DNA from: Eledone cirrhosa
Lineage: Eukaryota
Direction of reading: 5' to 3'
DNA: 64,000 nucleotides
Assembly: GCA_964016885.1 (NCBI GenBank)
Contig: OZ024746.1
Location: 82,460,001-82,524,000, forward strand
The position numbers and the translations under genes were made by a program. Within the stretch, counting starts at the first letter, position 1. The number at the start of each line of letters is the position of its first letter. Under the pieces are notes generated by a model. That model saw only the letters and a list, made by a program, of their open reading frames with translations, ran no database searches and was not told the DNA's origin. Shown here piece after piece: positions 52,296-64,000 of the stretch.

Positions 52296-54973
52296 TCAAA
52301 TATAATTTCAGCGAGATCGTATTTCGGCGGCTGCCAAAACAAAACATATTTAAACTAGTCGTTAAATTTTAAATTCCACGGCGGTTATTTTAAGTTCCTT
52401 AACTGTTAATATATTAGGATGGCACTTTATTAATAAACTTTACATATGTATATAAATATGTATTATTTACGGAAAAATATGACATTTGAAAAATATTATG
52501 AAAGGGAAAACACCATAAGAAATGATTAAACAAAAGGAAATTTAGAAGCAAAACGAAAGTCGGTTTTTTTTAAAATATATGACCAAATTTACTGATGACA
52601 CCGCCGGTGATATGGTCGAAGTGAATTATCGAGTTTTCGTATAAAATCCACATCCCGAAAATCTCTTCTATTTTCGCCTATGTTTAAGGAAACGGGTTCG
52701 AAATCACTATTTAATAATCTTTTTTATGTTTAAAAACAACACTTTCTCTGTTATTTTCAAGCAACAGTTAATGCCATAGAGTAAGAGGTAATCGCATGAT
52801 GAGCTGAACCTGCATCATGGCTTTGGTTTCTCTATAATTTCACTTTCGTTATTAATATTCTTGGGAAAAATATATCACAATCATTTTGCTTAGTTGAAAG
52901 AAATACTTTTCAGTAATTTAATGTAAATTCTATTTTTAAGTACTTGGTTATTATTTGTATAGTTTTATTTACTTTACTAGACTATAATTTAAAGAAGAAG
53001 AAAATGTTCTGAGGTAAATTTTTATTATTACGCCTGTCACAGAGACGGGTGTTATGGAGTTCTCGGGTGGGGGAACAACAGATAACTAGTAACTTAAGGC
53101 CGTATTCATTAAAAAGTCAGAAGATACCCAAATTTTATCTTTAAAATTCTAACCAAACCTATCAACTAACGATCCTTAAATATAAAAATACCATTACACC
53201 CATCTCGAGAGCGAATGTAATAATAAATATTTACCCCGACTGAAGCCAAGTTCACTTACGTTCCTAATGTCCATTGGTAAAGAATGACTATGATAGCTTC
53301 GATTCCTCCACTTTTAATTTCAGGCCTTTTACCTAAGAAATCCCAAATTTTCAGTGAAAACAAATGCAGTGCAGCTGCACACTGATTTTCCGGTAGCTTT
53401 GGTGCCAACCCCATGCTAAATTATTAGATTTGCCGAACTAACATCGGTCACGTAATGATTATACAGGGTAAATTCCGAAGAGATTGCCGCTTCATTATTA
53501 TCATTATTTTATTTATTTATTTATTTTTTTCGCTTCACGGCGACACTTTTGTTTATTCCATATCACGAAGACCGAAACACTCTACTTCCTCGTCGTTAAT
53601 AATAAAAAGGCACAAATATTTTGACATTTGTACTTTTTGGGAAGCCATAACAAGTGGGAAATTTAAAGCAGAACCGCCTATGAATTTCCCTAATTCACCT
53701 GATCCACCGATATCTAGATATTGCGAATAGCAAAACACCGTCTGTAGCCATCAAATTCTGCTGAGTCGCAGGAAATTTGAGTGTCTGTTCATAATTATGT
53801 TTGGACCATAAGTTGCCGGAAAATCGGAGGTTTACCTGTATTATCATCCCATATTGTTTCCGTATTTTCCTCTTCATTAAGTGCGGTGACTGGTAGAATT
53901 AGTAGAGCACCCGACTAAATCCTTTGCAGTATTTAGTTGCGCCCCTTTATATTCGAGTTCAAATTCTGCCCGAGAACAACTTCTTTACCGTTTATTTCGG
54001 TTTAGGGTGGGATATATCTAATAGACTATATCCTACCCCAGATTTATATCGATGTTAACACCATTGTTTTACACTGTATTGTCATTGGTAAAATAATATT
54101 TTAACTGTAGGAATTTGAACAATATCCAACTAATGAATATAAACACGAATAAATACGCGACTTAATCTTACATTCTTTCTACATGCTGATTTTAAAGGGT
54201 GGAAGATGTGAATCTTTAAATTCATAACTATTGAATTGCACAGCTTGTCTATTAACAAATATTAGTGGCACTAATGAGAAATGTTTGATACCTTATGGCA
54301 TATTATTGATAATACCATTTAATCCTATTGACTCACGCTACGTTTTACATGTTTGATATATGCAGGGTTTTTTTTTATGTCGGTGCGAGAGGACATTATA
54401 AGTGTGAAGTCTCAACCATTTCAAGCAAATTTGAATCTCCACTTATGTGTTTTTATTAATTCGTTAGCGCCATTTGAATTCCCACAGTTATAATACCATT
54501 ATACGTCTGTTATTGCTATGTGTATATATATTTCATGAGCCATATGTTTTCCTCATCAACACTATTGTATTTCTGCAAAGGTTTTCGTTCGTAGCTAGTT
54601 GCCAGGCACTTTGAACCAAGGCTTTCCATCCAATCTAGTTAATGTAAGCAAATATATCACAGTTTCGAAAGCTATTCATATTTGCTGCTTGTATTAACAT
54701 AGTGATAATTACTTCTTTTAAGGGGCGGTATATTTTTAAAACTTTTTTTAAAGAATTCCACAATACAATCTAATATTTACAATTATTTTTTCAAGGAAGA
54801 TGGTCATTCTTGGTGAATATGGAAGGATTCCATACAATTGTTTTTTTACTGCGTATATATATATATCACATTAAATTTAAGTGAAAAAAAAACTATTTAT
54901 GGGTGTATAAGCCAGACAGACCCCCCCCCCCAAAAAAAAATGTTTTAAAAATCTATCTCACTTATTTATTGCT

Positions 54974-55119
54974 TATATATATATATATATATTATATATA
55001 TATATTATATATATATATTATATATATATTATATATATATATTATATATATTATATATATATATATTATATATTATATATATTATATATATATATATTAT
55101 ATATTATATATATATATAT

Positions 55120-55151
<32 letters not shown>

Positions 55152-55354
55152 ATATATTATATATATATATATATTATATATATTATATATATATATATTA
55201 TATATATATATATTATATATATTATATATATATTATATATATATTATATATATATTATATATATATATATATTATATATATATATATATATTATATATAT
55301 ATATTATATATTATATATATAAATATTATATATATATATATATTATATATATAT

Positions 55355-55420
<66 letters not shown>

Positions 55421-55428
55421 ATATATAT

Positions 55429-55513
<85 letters not shown>
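54974..55513. repeat. ~520-bp interrupted (TA)n array ending in (TG)n
   Basis: Direct reading; further TA arrays at about 55771-55843, 56123-56353, 57120-57250, 57517-57573 and 61264-61342. Confidence 0.95.
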
Positions 55514-55578
55514 AAATGAAGTAATTCCGTTGGAAAAGTCCAGGAAAAAAGAGTGCTCTATGTAGGTAACAGAGCTTA

Positions 55579-55764
55579 ATAGTTATGTAATAAACAACAT
55601 AAGGCAATTATTCCATTTACCAGTGGTTTGTTAGAAGCAAAAAATTTTGCTTTCAATCATCAGAATGAAAAAATCATTTTTTCATTCTGATGATTGAAAG
55701 CAAAATTTTTTGCTTTTAAGAAACCACTGGTAAATGGAATAATTGCCTTATGTTGTTTATTACA

Positions 55765-55771
<7 letters not shown>
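55579..55771. repeat. 193-bp near-perfect palindrome
   Basis: 96-bp arms around centre 55675 with 2 mismatches (55630/55720 and 55634/55716). Confidence 0.95.
55680..55739 (+). ncRNA. Type I hammerhead ribozyme motif (Penelope-like-element type)
   Basis: Stem I tttcatt/aatggaa; core CUGAUGA at 55687-55693; ~11-bp stem II ttgaaagcaaa/tttgcttttaa; GAAA at 55720-55723; short stem III ACC-act-GGU; GUA triplet with predicted cleavage after 55732. Confidence 0.75.
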
Positions 55772-55840
<69 letters not shown>

Positions 55841-55930
55841 TATAGTAATAATAATAAATTTGAAGACTAAAATCCAAAGAGGGCTCGATAAGGATAAATA
55901 TATATCAAATATATAAGAACCGTAGAGCAA

Positions 55931-56122
55931 ATATTTATTAAAATAACAGATTAAAGTTTAAGCAAAGAATCGCTGCTTTCACCCTTAACGGGATCTTCTG
56001 AAACTAACAAAGTCAATCTGTAAACGCATTTACAGATTGACTTTGTTAGTTTCAGAAGATCCCGTTAAGGGTGAAAGAAGCGATTCTTTGCTTAAACTTT
56101 AATCTGTTATTTTAATAAATAT
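55931..56122. repeat. 192-bp near-perfect palindrome containing a variant hammerhead-like motif
   Basis: 94-bp arms with a cgca centre and one arm mismatch (55975/56078). Minus strand 56005-55955 reads agttt-CAGAAGA-tccc gttaa gggt-GAAA-gcag...ttgc-UU-aaact. Confidence 0.9.
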
Positions 56123-56356
56123 ATATTATATATATATATAATATCTATATATAATATATATATAATATCTATATATAATATATATATAATATCTATATAT
56201 AATATATATATAATATCTATATATATATATATATATGTGTTGTATAATATATATATATGTATATATTATATATATATATTATATATATATATATATAATA
56301 TATATATATATATTGTATATATATATATAATATATATATATATATTATATATATAG

Positions 56357-56927
56357 AGAGAGACTGAGCATAAGAGGAATCAAATGCTGTGTGCAGGAGA
56401 GGCGGTTGCGTTGGTATGGACATGTGATGCGTATGAAGGATGACAGCTGCATAAAAAGGTGCAGAGCACTAGAAGTCGATGGAAACCGCGGAGTGGGGAG
56501 ACCCAAGATGACCTGGGATGAGGTGATAAAAGCCAACCTTACCCAATTACACCTCAAAGGCGATGACACACGACTGTGACCTCTGGCTTCACGCAGTAAT
56601 ACAGAGTACCTGACCTCCCATGGGTACAAGCTGAAGCATATAGACAATATGCCCCCAAACCCTCCCACTACAAGGTGGTCGTGAAGGTGCCACGGCAAAA
56701 AAGCACCCAGCCCACACTGTAAAGTGGACGTGTAGGTGCTACGAAAAAGCACCCAGCACTCACTGTAAATCAGGTTGGTGTTAGGAAGGGCATCCAGCTG
56801 TAGAAATCAAGCCAAATCAGTTCCTGTATGAGCAAGGCATGGTCAGCCGACCAGACACTGCCCACAACAGGACAACCCGTCTAACCCATGCTAGCGTGGA
56901 AGAACGGACGTAAAACGGTGATGATGA
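56357..56927 (+). mobile_element. 3' fragment of the copy-B RTE family inserted in (TA)n
   Basis: QERRLRWYGHVMRMKDDSCIKRCRALEVDGNRGVGRPKMTWDEVIKA is identical to copy B; matching 3'UTR and (GAT)n tail. Confidence 0.92.
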
Positions 56928-57512
56928 TATATATATATATATTATATATATATATATAAGGTTGGTAATTTAAAACTCTACTTCGGAGATTTGATTCTGA
57001 CTTAGTTTTCTATTTAATTGCCAATCTAGAGGTGTTGTTTTCCATACAGTAATGGTTAAACTCACATGTAATAATTCTTTACACACATCTCACTGTGTAA
57101 CACACCTCTCTCTGTGTAATATATTTATATATATATATATATATATATATGATATATATATTATATATATATATACGATATATATTATATATATAATATA
57201 TATATATGATACATATATATATTATATATATACGATATATATTATATATATAATTGTTTCTACTTTTGGCAGAAGGCCAGCAATTATCCAGTGTATTACT
57301 GGTACTTTATTTTATCGACCCCGTAAGGATGGAAGGCAAAGTTAACCTCGGCGGGATTTGAACTCAGATCGTAAAGGGTCGTAACTATGCTGGAAAGCAC
57401 GTCCGACCCTCTACCGATACTGCCAATTCACCATATTATATATATATCATCATCAACGTTTAACGTCCGTGTTCCACGCTTGCATGGGTTTGAGAGAGAG
57501 AGAGAGAGAGAG

Positions 57513-57573
<61 letters not shown>

Positions 57574-57577
<4 letters not shown>

Positions 57578-57820
57578 CTAGTGGTAAGGGTGTTGGACTT
57601 AGAATCATAATGTCGTGGGTTCGATTCCTGGGTTGTGTGTTCTGTTCTTGAGCAAAACGCTTCATTTCACATTGCTCCAGTATACTCAGCTGAAAATGAG
57701 AACTGCGATCAACTGGCATCCTGTCCAGGGGGACTCTTGTACTCTCAGTCGCTTCATGCCATGAAACCGGGATAAGTACCGGCCAAATAAGCCTTCTAGT
57801 TTAAGACAGACTTTAGACTT
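57574..57820 (+). mobile_element. tRNA-derived SINE, family B (related - strand copies at about 25150-25392, 36510-36655, 61500-61800, 63085-63410)
   Basis: tggcctagtggtaag A-box, ggttcgattcc B-box and shared core cttgagcaa...tttcacattgctccagt..actcagctg. Confidence 0.75.
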
Positions 57821-58303
57821 ATATACATATATTATATATATTATATTATATATGATATATATACTAGTAAAGTTGTTTCAAATATTTTAATTAACAAACT
57901 TGTTTTTAGATATTTTCTGCTAAATCATTATTTGATGCTAAAAATTAAAGAGGGAAGTTGTTGACAGGTACAATAATCATCATTGCGTGCACAGTCGAAC
58001 AGAGTGGATTGGTGAACGTTCAAACAGGTCTTTCTCTACTATGTCTGGCGTGAGTTGGTTCCTACAATAGGAGTTTATGTATAACTTCCTGCTTGTTACT
58101 ACAACAAAGATAACAACTAAATAATACACAAGCATAAATATATACGTATATACACATACACACACCCTCCTATAAATATATATGAGGGGTGTATATGAAA
58201 GCATATACATGTTTATATACAATAAACACATAAGAGCCTTGCTATGAAAGAAAAAAATATTCACAACATCACACCTCAACTAGAAGCATTATATGCTTAT
58301 CCT

Positions 58304-58490
58304 AAGGGCGGTGAATTGGCAGTGTCGGTAGAGGGTTGGACGCCATGTTTTCTAGCATAATTACGTCCCTTTACAGTCTGAGTTCAAATCCCGCCGAGGT
58401 TAACTTTGCCTTTCATCCTTACGGGGTCGATAAAATAAAGTACCAGTAATGTACTGGGTAATTGCTGGCCTTGTGCCTAAAGTAGAAACA
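58304..58490 (+). mobile_element. tRNA-derived SINE, family A, complete copy (more than 10 related copies or fragments in the window)
   Basis: B-box gagttcaaatcccgcc; exact 16-bp TSD attatatgcttatcct at 58288-58303 and 58491-58506. Confidence 0.88.
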
Positions 58491-59106
58491 ATTATATGCT
58501 TATCCTCAACTTCTTTTGTTCTTCATTCCTTATATATTTATTTGCTTTCATCAGCCCATCCCATATTGTTTTCCCAATGCACATTTAGTTCAACAATTAG
58601 GACTTTTTTTTATCAAATCAGACCTTGCTATAAAGTTAAAACAATGTGGTTATAGCAATATGGTTTGAGAATACTAGTACTCTCCAATTATTGGCACCTT
58701 CCAGAAGTATGAGTACCAACTTTCCTTTATCACTCCCCCACCCCCCACCCCCGTTTTCCTTTCTCACCCTCTTTTGGATGACAATAAAATGCAGCCTCAC
58801 ATTGGTTTTTCTTACATTGAAACTACTGCATTGTTTTTGTAATGACACCAAGTGTACTCTGCCATAGATGACTCACATGCTGCCAGAACATTGTAGTGAT
58901 GCATAACCACCACACCAATGACAAAAAAACAGTGTCACTATATCGTATCCTCACCGTCTAATATTGGTGAGGATTGAGAGCACGTTACACACTCCTCTCA
59001 GGAAGAATTGTTGCCTGACTGGCTTTGTTTTCCATAATCTGTTCTAAAACAGTTTCTTTTATTCTGCTATGTCTCATGCTGTCCAAGCACATTGGCTCCC
59101 TAATCC

Positions 59107-59299
59107 AGACCTGTCAACTCTCCCTGTCTGATGGGGAGATCCCCCACCCACTTTGGGGTGGGTGAGAGATGTCTTCTGTTGTGAAAATGGGCATAGCTTT
59201 CATTGTGTAAAGTCTCCCCATTTTGCCTCATTTCTCTCCATTTTAAGGCACTCTTTTTCATAGTACTCTCCATTTGGGTTTTTAGAGATTGGCAGGTCT
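59107..59299. mobile_element. Probable hAT-type MITE
   Basis: Imperfect TIRs agacctgtcaactctc / gagattggcaggtct; 8-bp flanks cctaatcc / tataatcc. Confidence 0.5.
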
Positions 59300-59370
59300 T
59301 ATAATCCTATTTATTATTTTGGCAAGATATCCACTTGTTCAGTTTTTTTTCCAGTTCTGCACTGCATCTA

Positions 59371-59595
59371 TCATCTCTTATTTTCAAGATAGTTTCTGCT
59401 TCCTTTACTACTTTTCTCACGCTCCATTTTCTTCCTGTCACCACTCTTGACTGGGCTGCACAAACAATAAGATTGATCCTCTGCATTTTGTAGCATCATA
59501 TAACAGCAGACTCTTGCTACTTTCAACTCCTCCACCAAAGATGTTAAAGGCAGTTGGTGTTTTGCAGTAGTACTATAAAGCTCAACACACACCCA
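59371..59595 (-). mobile_element. Non-LTR retrotransposon relic (possibly HERO/RLE-type)
   Basis: LYSTTAKHQLPLTSLVEELKVARV...MLQNAED resembles the LQLPL.SLVEEFKV.K.R...MLRDS.D motif, recalled from memory. Confidence 0.45.
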
Positions 59596-61256
59596 GACTT
59601 ATATATATCATCTTCATCATTTAACATCCATTTCCTCCACTAGCCAGGTTCGGATAGATCATGACATCAGGGACAAAATCGGTACTTAATCAGTGTTACT
59701 GACCTCTCAAATGGGTCAGGAACTATATCTCATATTACTATACTTTACAGAGTGTATTAGGTGCTTTTTATTTTGGTGCTAGCACCAGAGAGGTTGTCCT
59801 GCCTCTAACATAACTGAAGAGCCCTCGTGACACTTTGGCAAGTTTTCTATGGCTAGATGCCATTCCTATCAGCATCCACTTTACAGAGTGTACTAAGTGT
59901 GTTTTATTGTGGCACCAAAACTAGGGAAATTGCCATATTCCTTTATACCTTCCCATACATTCAGATCAATGCCTCCCCAGCCTGGCTAAGGACAAAATAA
60001 ACACCCTAGTGTTAATGTCACAATAAAATGAACTCAGCCCACTCTGTAAAATAGTAATGCTGGTTCCACAATAAAAAAAAACACCCAGTCCACCCAGGAA
60101 CGTGATAATGCTGATGCCACAGAAGAAAACACTCATTTTACCCTATAAGGTGGTTGGTATTAGGAACGGTATCCAGCAATAGAAACCAAGCCATAAATGG
60201 AAAATGCGAGCAAAACATGGTCACATGATCAGACTAGCCTCAGTATGTAACAACCTGTCTATCTCATGTAAGCATGGAAAAAAACAGACATTAAACTTAT
60301 GATATGTATAAATTTCTCTTTGCCAATCTTCAGTTGCAGCAGGTGTCGCTGGCCATTGTCCATGGGAATCTTTTTGCGGACGTGTCCGCGGGGCGCAGCC
60401 CCAATCCCGCCGTGCTCTGGGGCCCAGAGCTCAATCACCCTCCCGCCTTCTCATTCTTCCGTGTCACTAGAGCCCTGGTCTCTCCCTTCCTTCATTATTA
60501 GAATATGCAGTGATTAACGAATTTAATTTCTCTTTGAAAAATGTCATTGGCTCACGTTTTTTTTTTATAGCTTACTCCACTATATTATTTCATTTTATCT
60601 GAAGGACACTTGGCTACTATTTCTAGCAGGTCGAGCGATCACATAAACATTCCCACGAACAATCTTTATTGAATTATATATTTTCCCCTATGAATAAGGT
60701 AACCAGTACACGGGTTCTGTAAATGAAAGGCTAGCCTGGTAAATCTTATATTAGCTTGTGAAGCGTGGGAGGAGATATATTTTTATTAAAAATGGAATTG
60801 CTCTTTTACTTATTTATTTAGAAATCTATCTCTTAATTATTCGGGTGTGTACGCAGCTCTTTGCACTCTCTTGAGTTTGTGGGAACTAAAACTCGAGGAC
60901 TAATACGTACAATGAAATCCAATTGTTATTATACTTACAGATAATGTTATCAAACGTTTATTATCAGCAAAATGAGTTGGATCTAAACACGCTCAAAACA
61001 TTGTCCCATCCTCTGTTTATTGTTATCTAAACGACTGTTCGAAAGTTGCTTCCAATGTATTAGACATGTGTGTGACGGCATATATGTATATATGTGTGTG
61101 CGTGCACGTGTATACACACACTAACTGGATTTCGACTAGGAATAAACATTTCAAAGCCAGTTAGCTTGCAGGACAAACTTACTATATCAACTCCGTACCT
61201 AGACAAGCATTGAGTACTACCCTAATCTGTGGTCTTTCCGATCGCCCTACCGCGAA

Positions 61257-61346
<90 letters not shown>

Positions 61347-61803
61347 CAATAGTTATGGGAAAATCGGGGTAGCGACCGAGTGAAGACTCAACTTTGAATA
61401 AATGAATAAACTGGGTCGATTACTTTTCCCCTTCATTTATACGCGCGCACACATAATATATATATACATATATATATATATATGCATATCTCTTTCTAGG
61501 TCCCGGTCGGTCACGAATGACCATGGTTTTGCACCCAGAAAGTTCTCCCCCGAAGCACAAGCCAAGCCTGGGCAAGATGTGTTTGTGGAAGACCAGCAGT
61601 TGCTCATGCGTGCCAGTCTCCCGTCTCCACGCCACCGATATTGTCCAAGGGAAAGGCAATGGCCGATATAGCTTGGTACTAGTAACGTCGCAACTCATTT
61701 CTACAGCTGAGTGAACTGGAGCAACGTGAAATAAACTGCTTTGCTCAAGAACACAACGCACCGCCCGGTCCGGGATTCGAACTCACAACCACTAAGCCTT
61801 CGC

Positions 61804-61835
<32 letters not shown>

Positions 61836-61892
61836 GCATATATATATATATATTATATATACACATAAATAATTTGCATATGTATGTATATG

Positions 61893-61924
<32 letters not shown>

Positions 61925-62427
61925 TACTCCAATATTTTGTTGAGCGCTTTATATCAGTTATAAAAATATTTGCTTGTTGTATCCCAACAATTTAAATATA
62001 ACTTCTATATATATCTATCTATATATATATATATATAGACACATACGTACAGACACAAAATAGCCCTTTTCACACAGATATATATATATAAAGGGCTCGC
62101 CTCAATCCCGTGCTCTCGCGTAGTGTTTAGCTAACCAGATTGTCACTGTTCTGATATAGGGCGTTTTCCTTAACACTGCTTTATTTGTTATTTCCTTTCC
62201 TTTCGCTTTATTTATAAGTAGGCTTCGTTTCATTTTAAAGCTTAGTTTGTTTTGTTTTTCTTTCTGGTTCGTTGTTAAAATTCGGTAGTCCGTCACCACC
62301 CCATCGCACATTTTAAGATTACTAGAATACTTCATCTGTAATATAAATTATTTCTTAATCGCATTTCTAATCAAGTTGTAAAAGTTCATTTTTAGCTTGA
62401 GTTAAGTGAGTCATTGCCAACTAAATA

Positions 62428-62464
<37 letters not shown>

Positions 62465-63639
62465 ATAACCGTCTTGTATTTAGTTGGAATAACGCTAACA
62501 TTGAAAATAACACGGGCGCTGCTGCTAAGATGATTGTATGTAGATTCATAACCAGACTTGAAGCAAGTCGACTCTGTCAAAAATTATTTCTGATCTTTTA
62601 CACAAAATATCTCAAAATTCCCTGTGAAACGACTGGTTTAGTAAGCTTTAAGTAATAGACTTAAAATTATGATTCACGACCTCGAAGTACGTTCATTCGT
62701 TTTAGGTCAAATTTATCCAACGATTTTATTATTAATGTGAGCCCTATGGCTTATTAAAAAAAAACACATCATCCTCATTATTATTATTAATATACTGGAA
62801 TAATTGCTGGCCTTGTGCCAAAAGTAGAAACAATTATTATTAATATTAGGTAAATCCTCACCTTCATAGTGTAACCTATTTTTTTAATGTCCCCTCCACT
62901 CGATGCCACTGGGGTAGATATATGAAATTATAATTACTATTATTTTTCTTTGACGGAAATAATATAAATATCAAAAACAAATTTTTAAGAAGGTTAGTTC
63001 AAATGAATGATCGGTTAATATGTATGTCCTCGTTTTAATGTCCGTTTTTCCTGCTAGAAAGTGTTAGACTATATATAAAGGGCAAAGAACCCCTTTGGTC
63101 ACGAATGACCATGGGATTTGCACCAAGAAAGTTTCCCTTACGAGGCACAAGTTCGGCAAGGTTGTTTGTGGAAGACAAGTAGTCGGCCATGCATACCATC
63201 CCCCCTCTCTACTCCACAGATGTCCATGAGAAAGGCAGTGGCTGATACAATTTGGCACCAATGACGTCGCAACTCATTTCTACAGCTGAGTGACCTGGCC
63301 TAAGGTGGCATAATAGTATCTTGTTCAAGGACACAAAGTCCGGTCTTGGAATCGAACTCACAACCTCATGATTGTCAGCACAATGCTCTAACTAAACCAT
63401 GTGCCTTCACACACACACATTATGTTTTGAGACTTTTTTAGGAGAGGCAGTTATAACTGTCCTAGATTATTATAATTTTAGTATATCATTACTATTCATC
63501 TAATAAACTGACCTGCCAACTTTTGTTATTTCAGAATGAAGGAGACAGCTGTAACAGCAATTTGAACATACTTTACTAAACACTGCTTGTCACAACTGAC
63601 TAGTTTACAGGATGCAGTAGGGATGTGAAGACAGTTTGG

Positions 63640-64000
63640 AAGCTCACTAGGCAATAAAGTTTTGTGTCAAACTGGGCAAAAATGCTACAGAAACTTATGA
63701 AATGCTCCAGACTTATGGATTAATTTATATGAGCCAGGCACGGTAGAGAGGAGGTGAGAGACAATGATATGTGTGGGAGGGAAAGAGACGTTAGAACATC
63801 AACGCTGGTTGAGAAAATTCACAATTTTCTGGATGAAGACCGTTGCGTGTCTTTAAAGACAATAAGGATATACTTTGGAGTTGGTGTGGCAACTGTGCAC
63901 AGAATTATTCATGAGGATCTGAACATGCATAAAAATGTGTGCAGAGTTTGTTCCCAAGGTGCTCAGTGACAAGAAAGGACAGAGATGGGCATCAAAACTG
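63640..64000 (+). mobile_element. mariner transposase N-terminal HTH relic
   Basis: AIKFCVKLGKNATETYEMLQT and VEKIHNFLDEDRCVSLKTI...GVGVATVHRIIHEDLNM; frameshifted; runs off the window edge. Confidence 0.8.

Noticed and set aside
52590-52625. CTGATGA followed by a small hairpin
   Set aside because: Followed by GAAG rather than GAAA, and stems I and III cannot be formed.
54903-55322. 139-aa Ile/Tyr-rich ORF
   Set aside because: Translation of an interrupted (TA)n microsatellite; the same applies to the ORFs at 10855, 46838, 56217, 57052 and 57387.
57574-57635. tRNA gene
   Set aside because: A/B boxes are present, but there is no acceptor stem or poly-T terminator, and the sequence continues into a repeated SINE body.

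Overview
This is AT-rich animal genomic DNA, not prokaryotic. The repeat landscape (RTE LINEs, tRNA-derived SINEs, long (TA)n arrays) looks like a cephalopod such as Octopus, which is an inference. I reconstructed two head-to-head spliced genes by hand. (1) A complete + strand CFAP410/C21orf2 orthologue with 7 coding exons at 4667-36874 (about 267 aa), including a candidate 18-nt microexon and a NAGNAG acceptor. (2) The first two coding exons of a - strand gene resembling the separase (ESPL1) N-terminus, with its ATG at 4234. The rest is mostly mobile DNA: three long RTE LINE copies whose reverse transcriptase carries an in-frame PHD-type zinc finger, a GC-rich RTE-BovB-like LINE, a non-autonomous Helitron, piggyBac-, hAT- and Tc1-type MITEs, SINEs and transposase relics. 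The most unusual non-coding signal is two adjacent, unrelated ~192-bp near-perfect palindromes at 55.6-56.1 kb, each built around a type I hammerhead-ribozyme fold. All homology calls are from remembered motifs, not database searches, and repeat boundaries are approximate unless a TSD or TIR is given.
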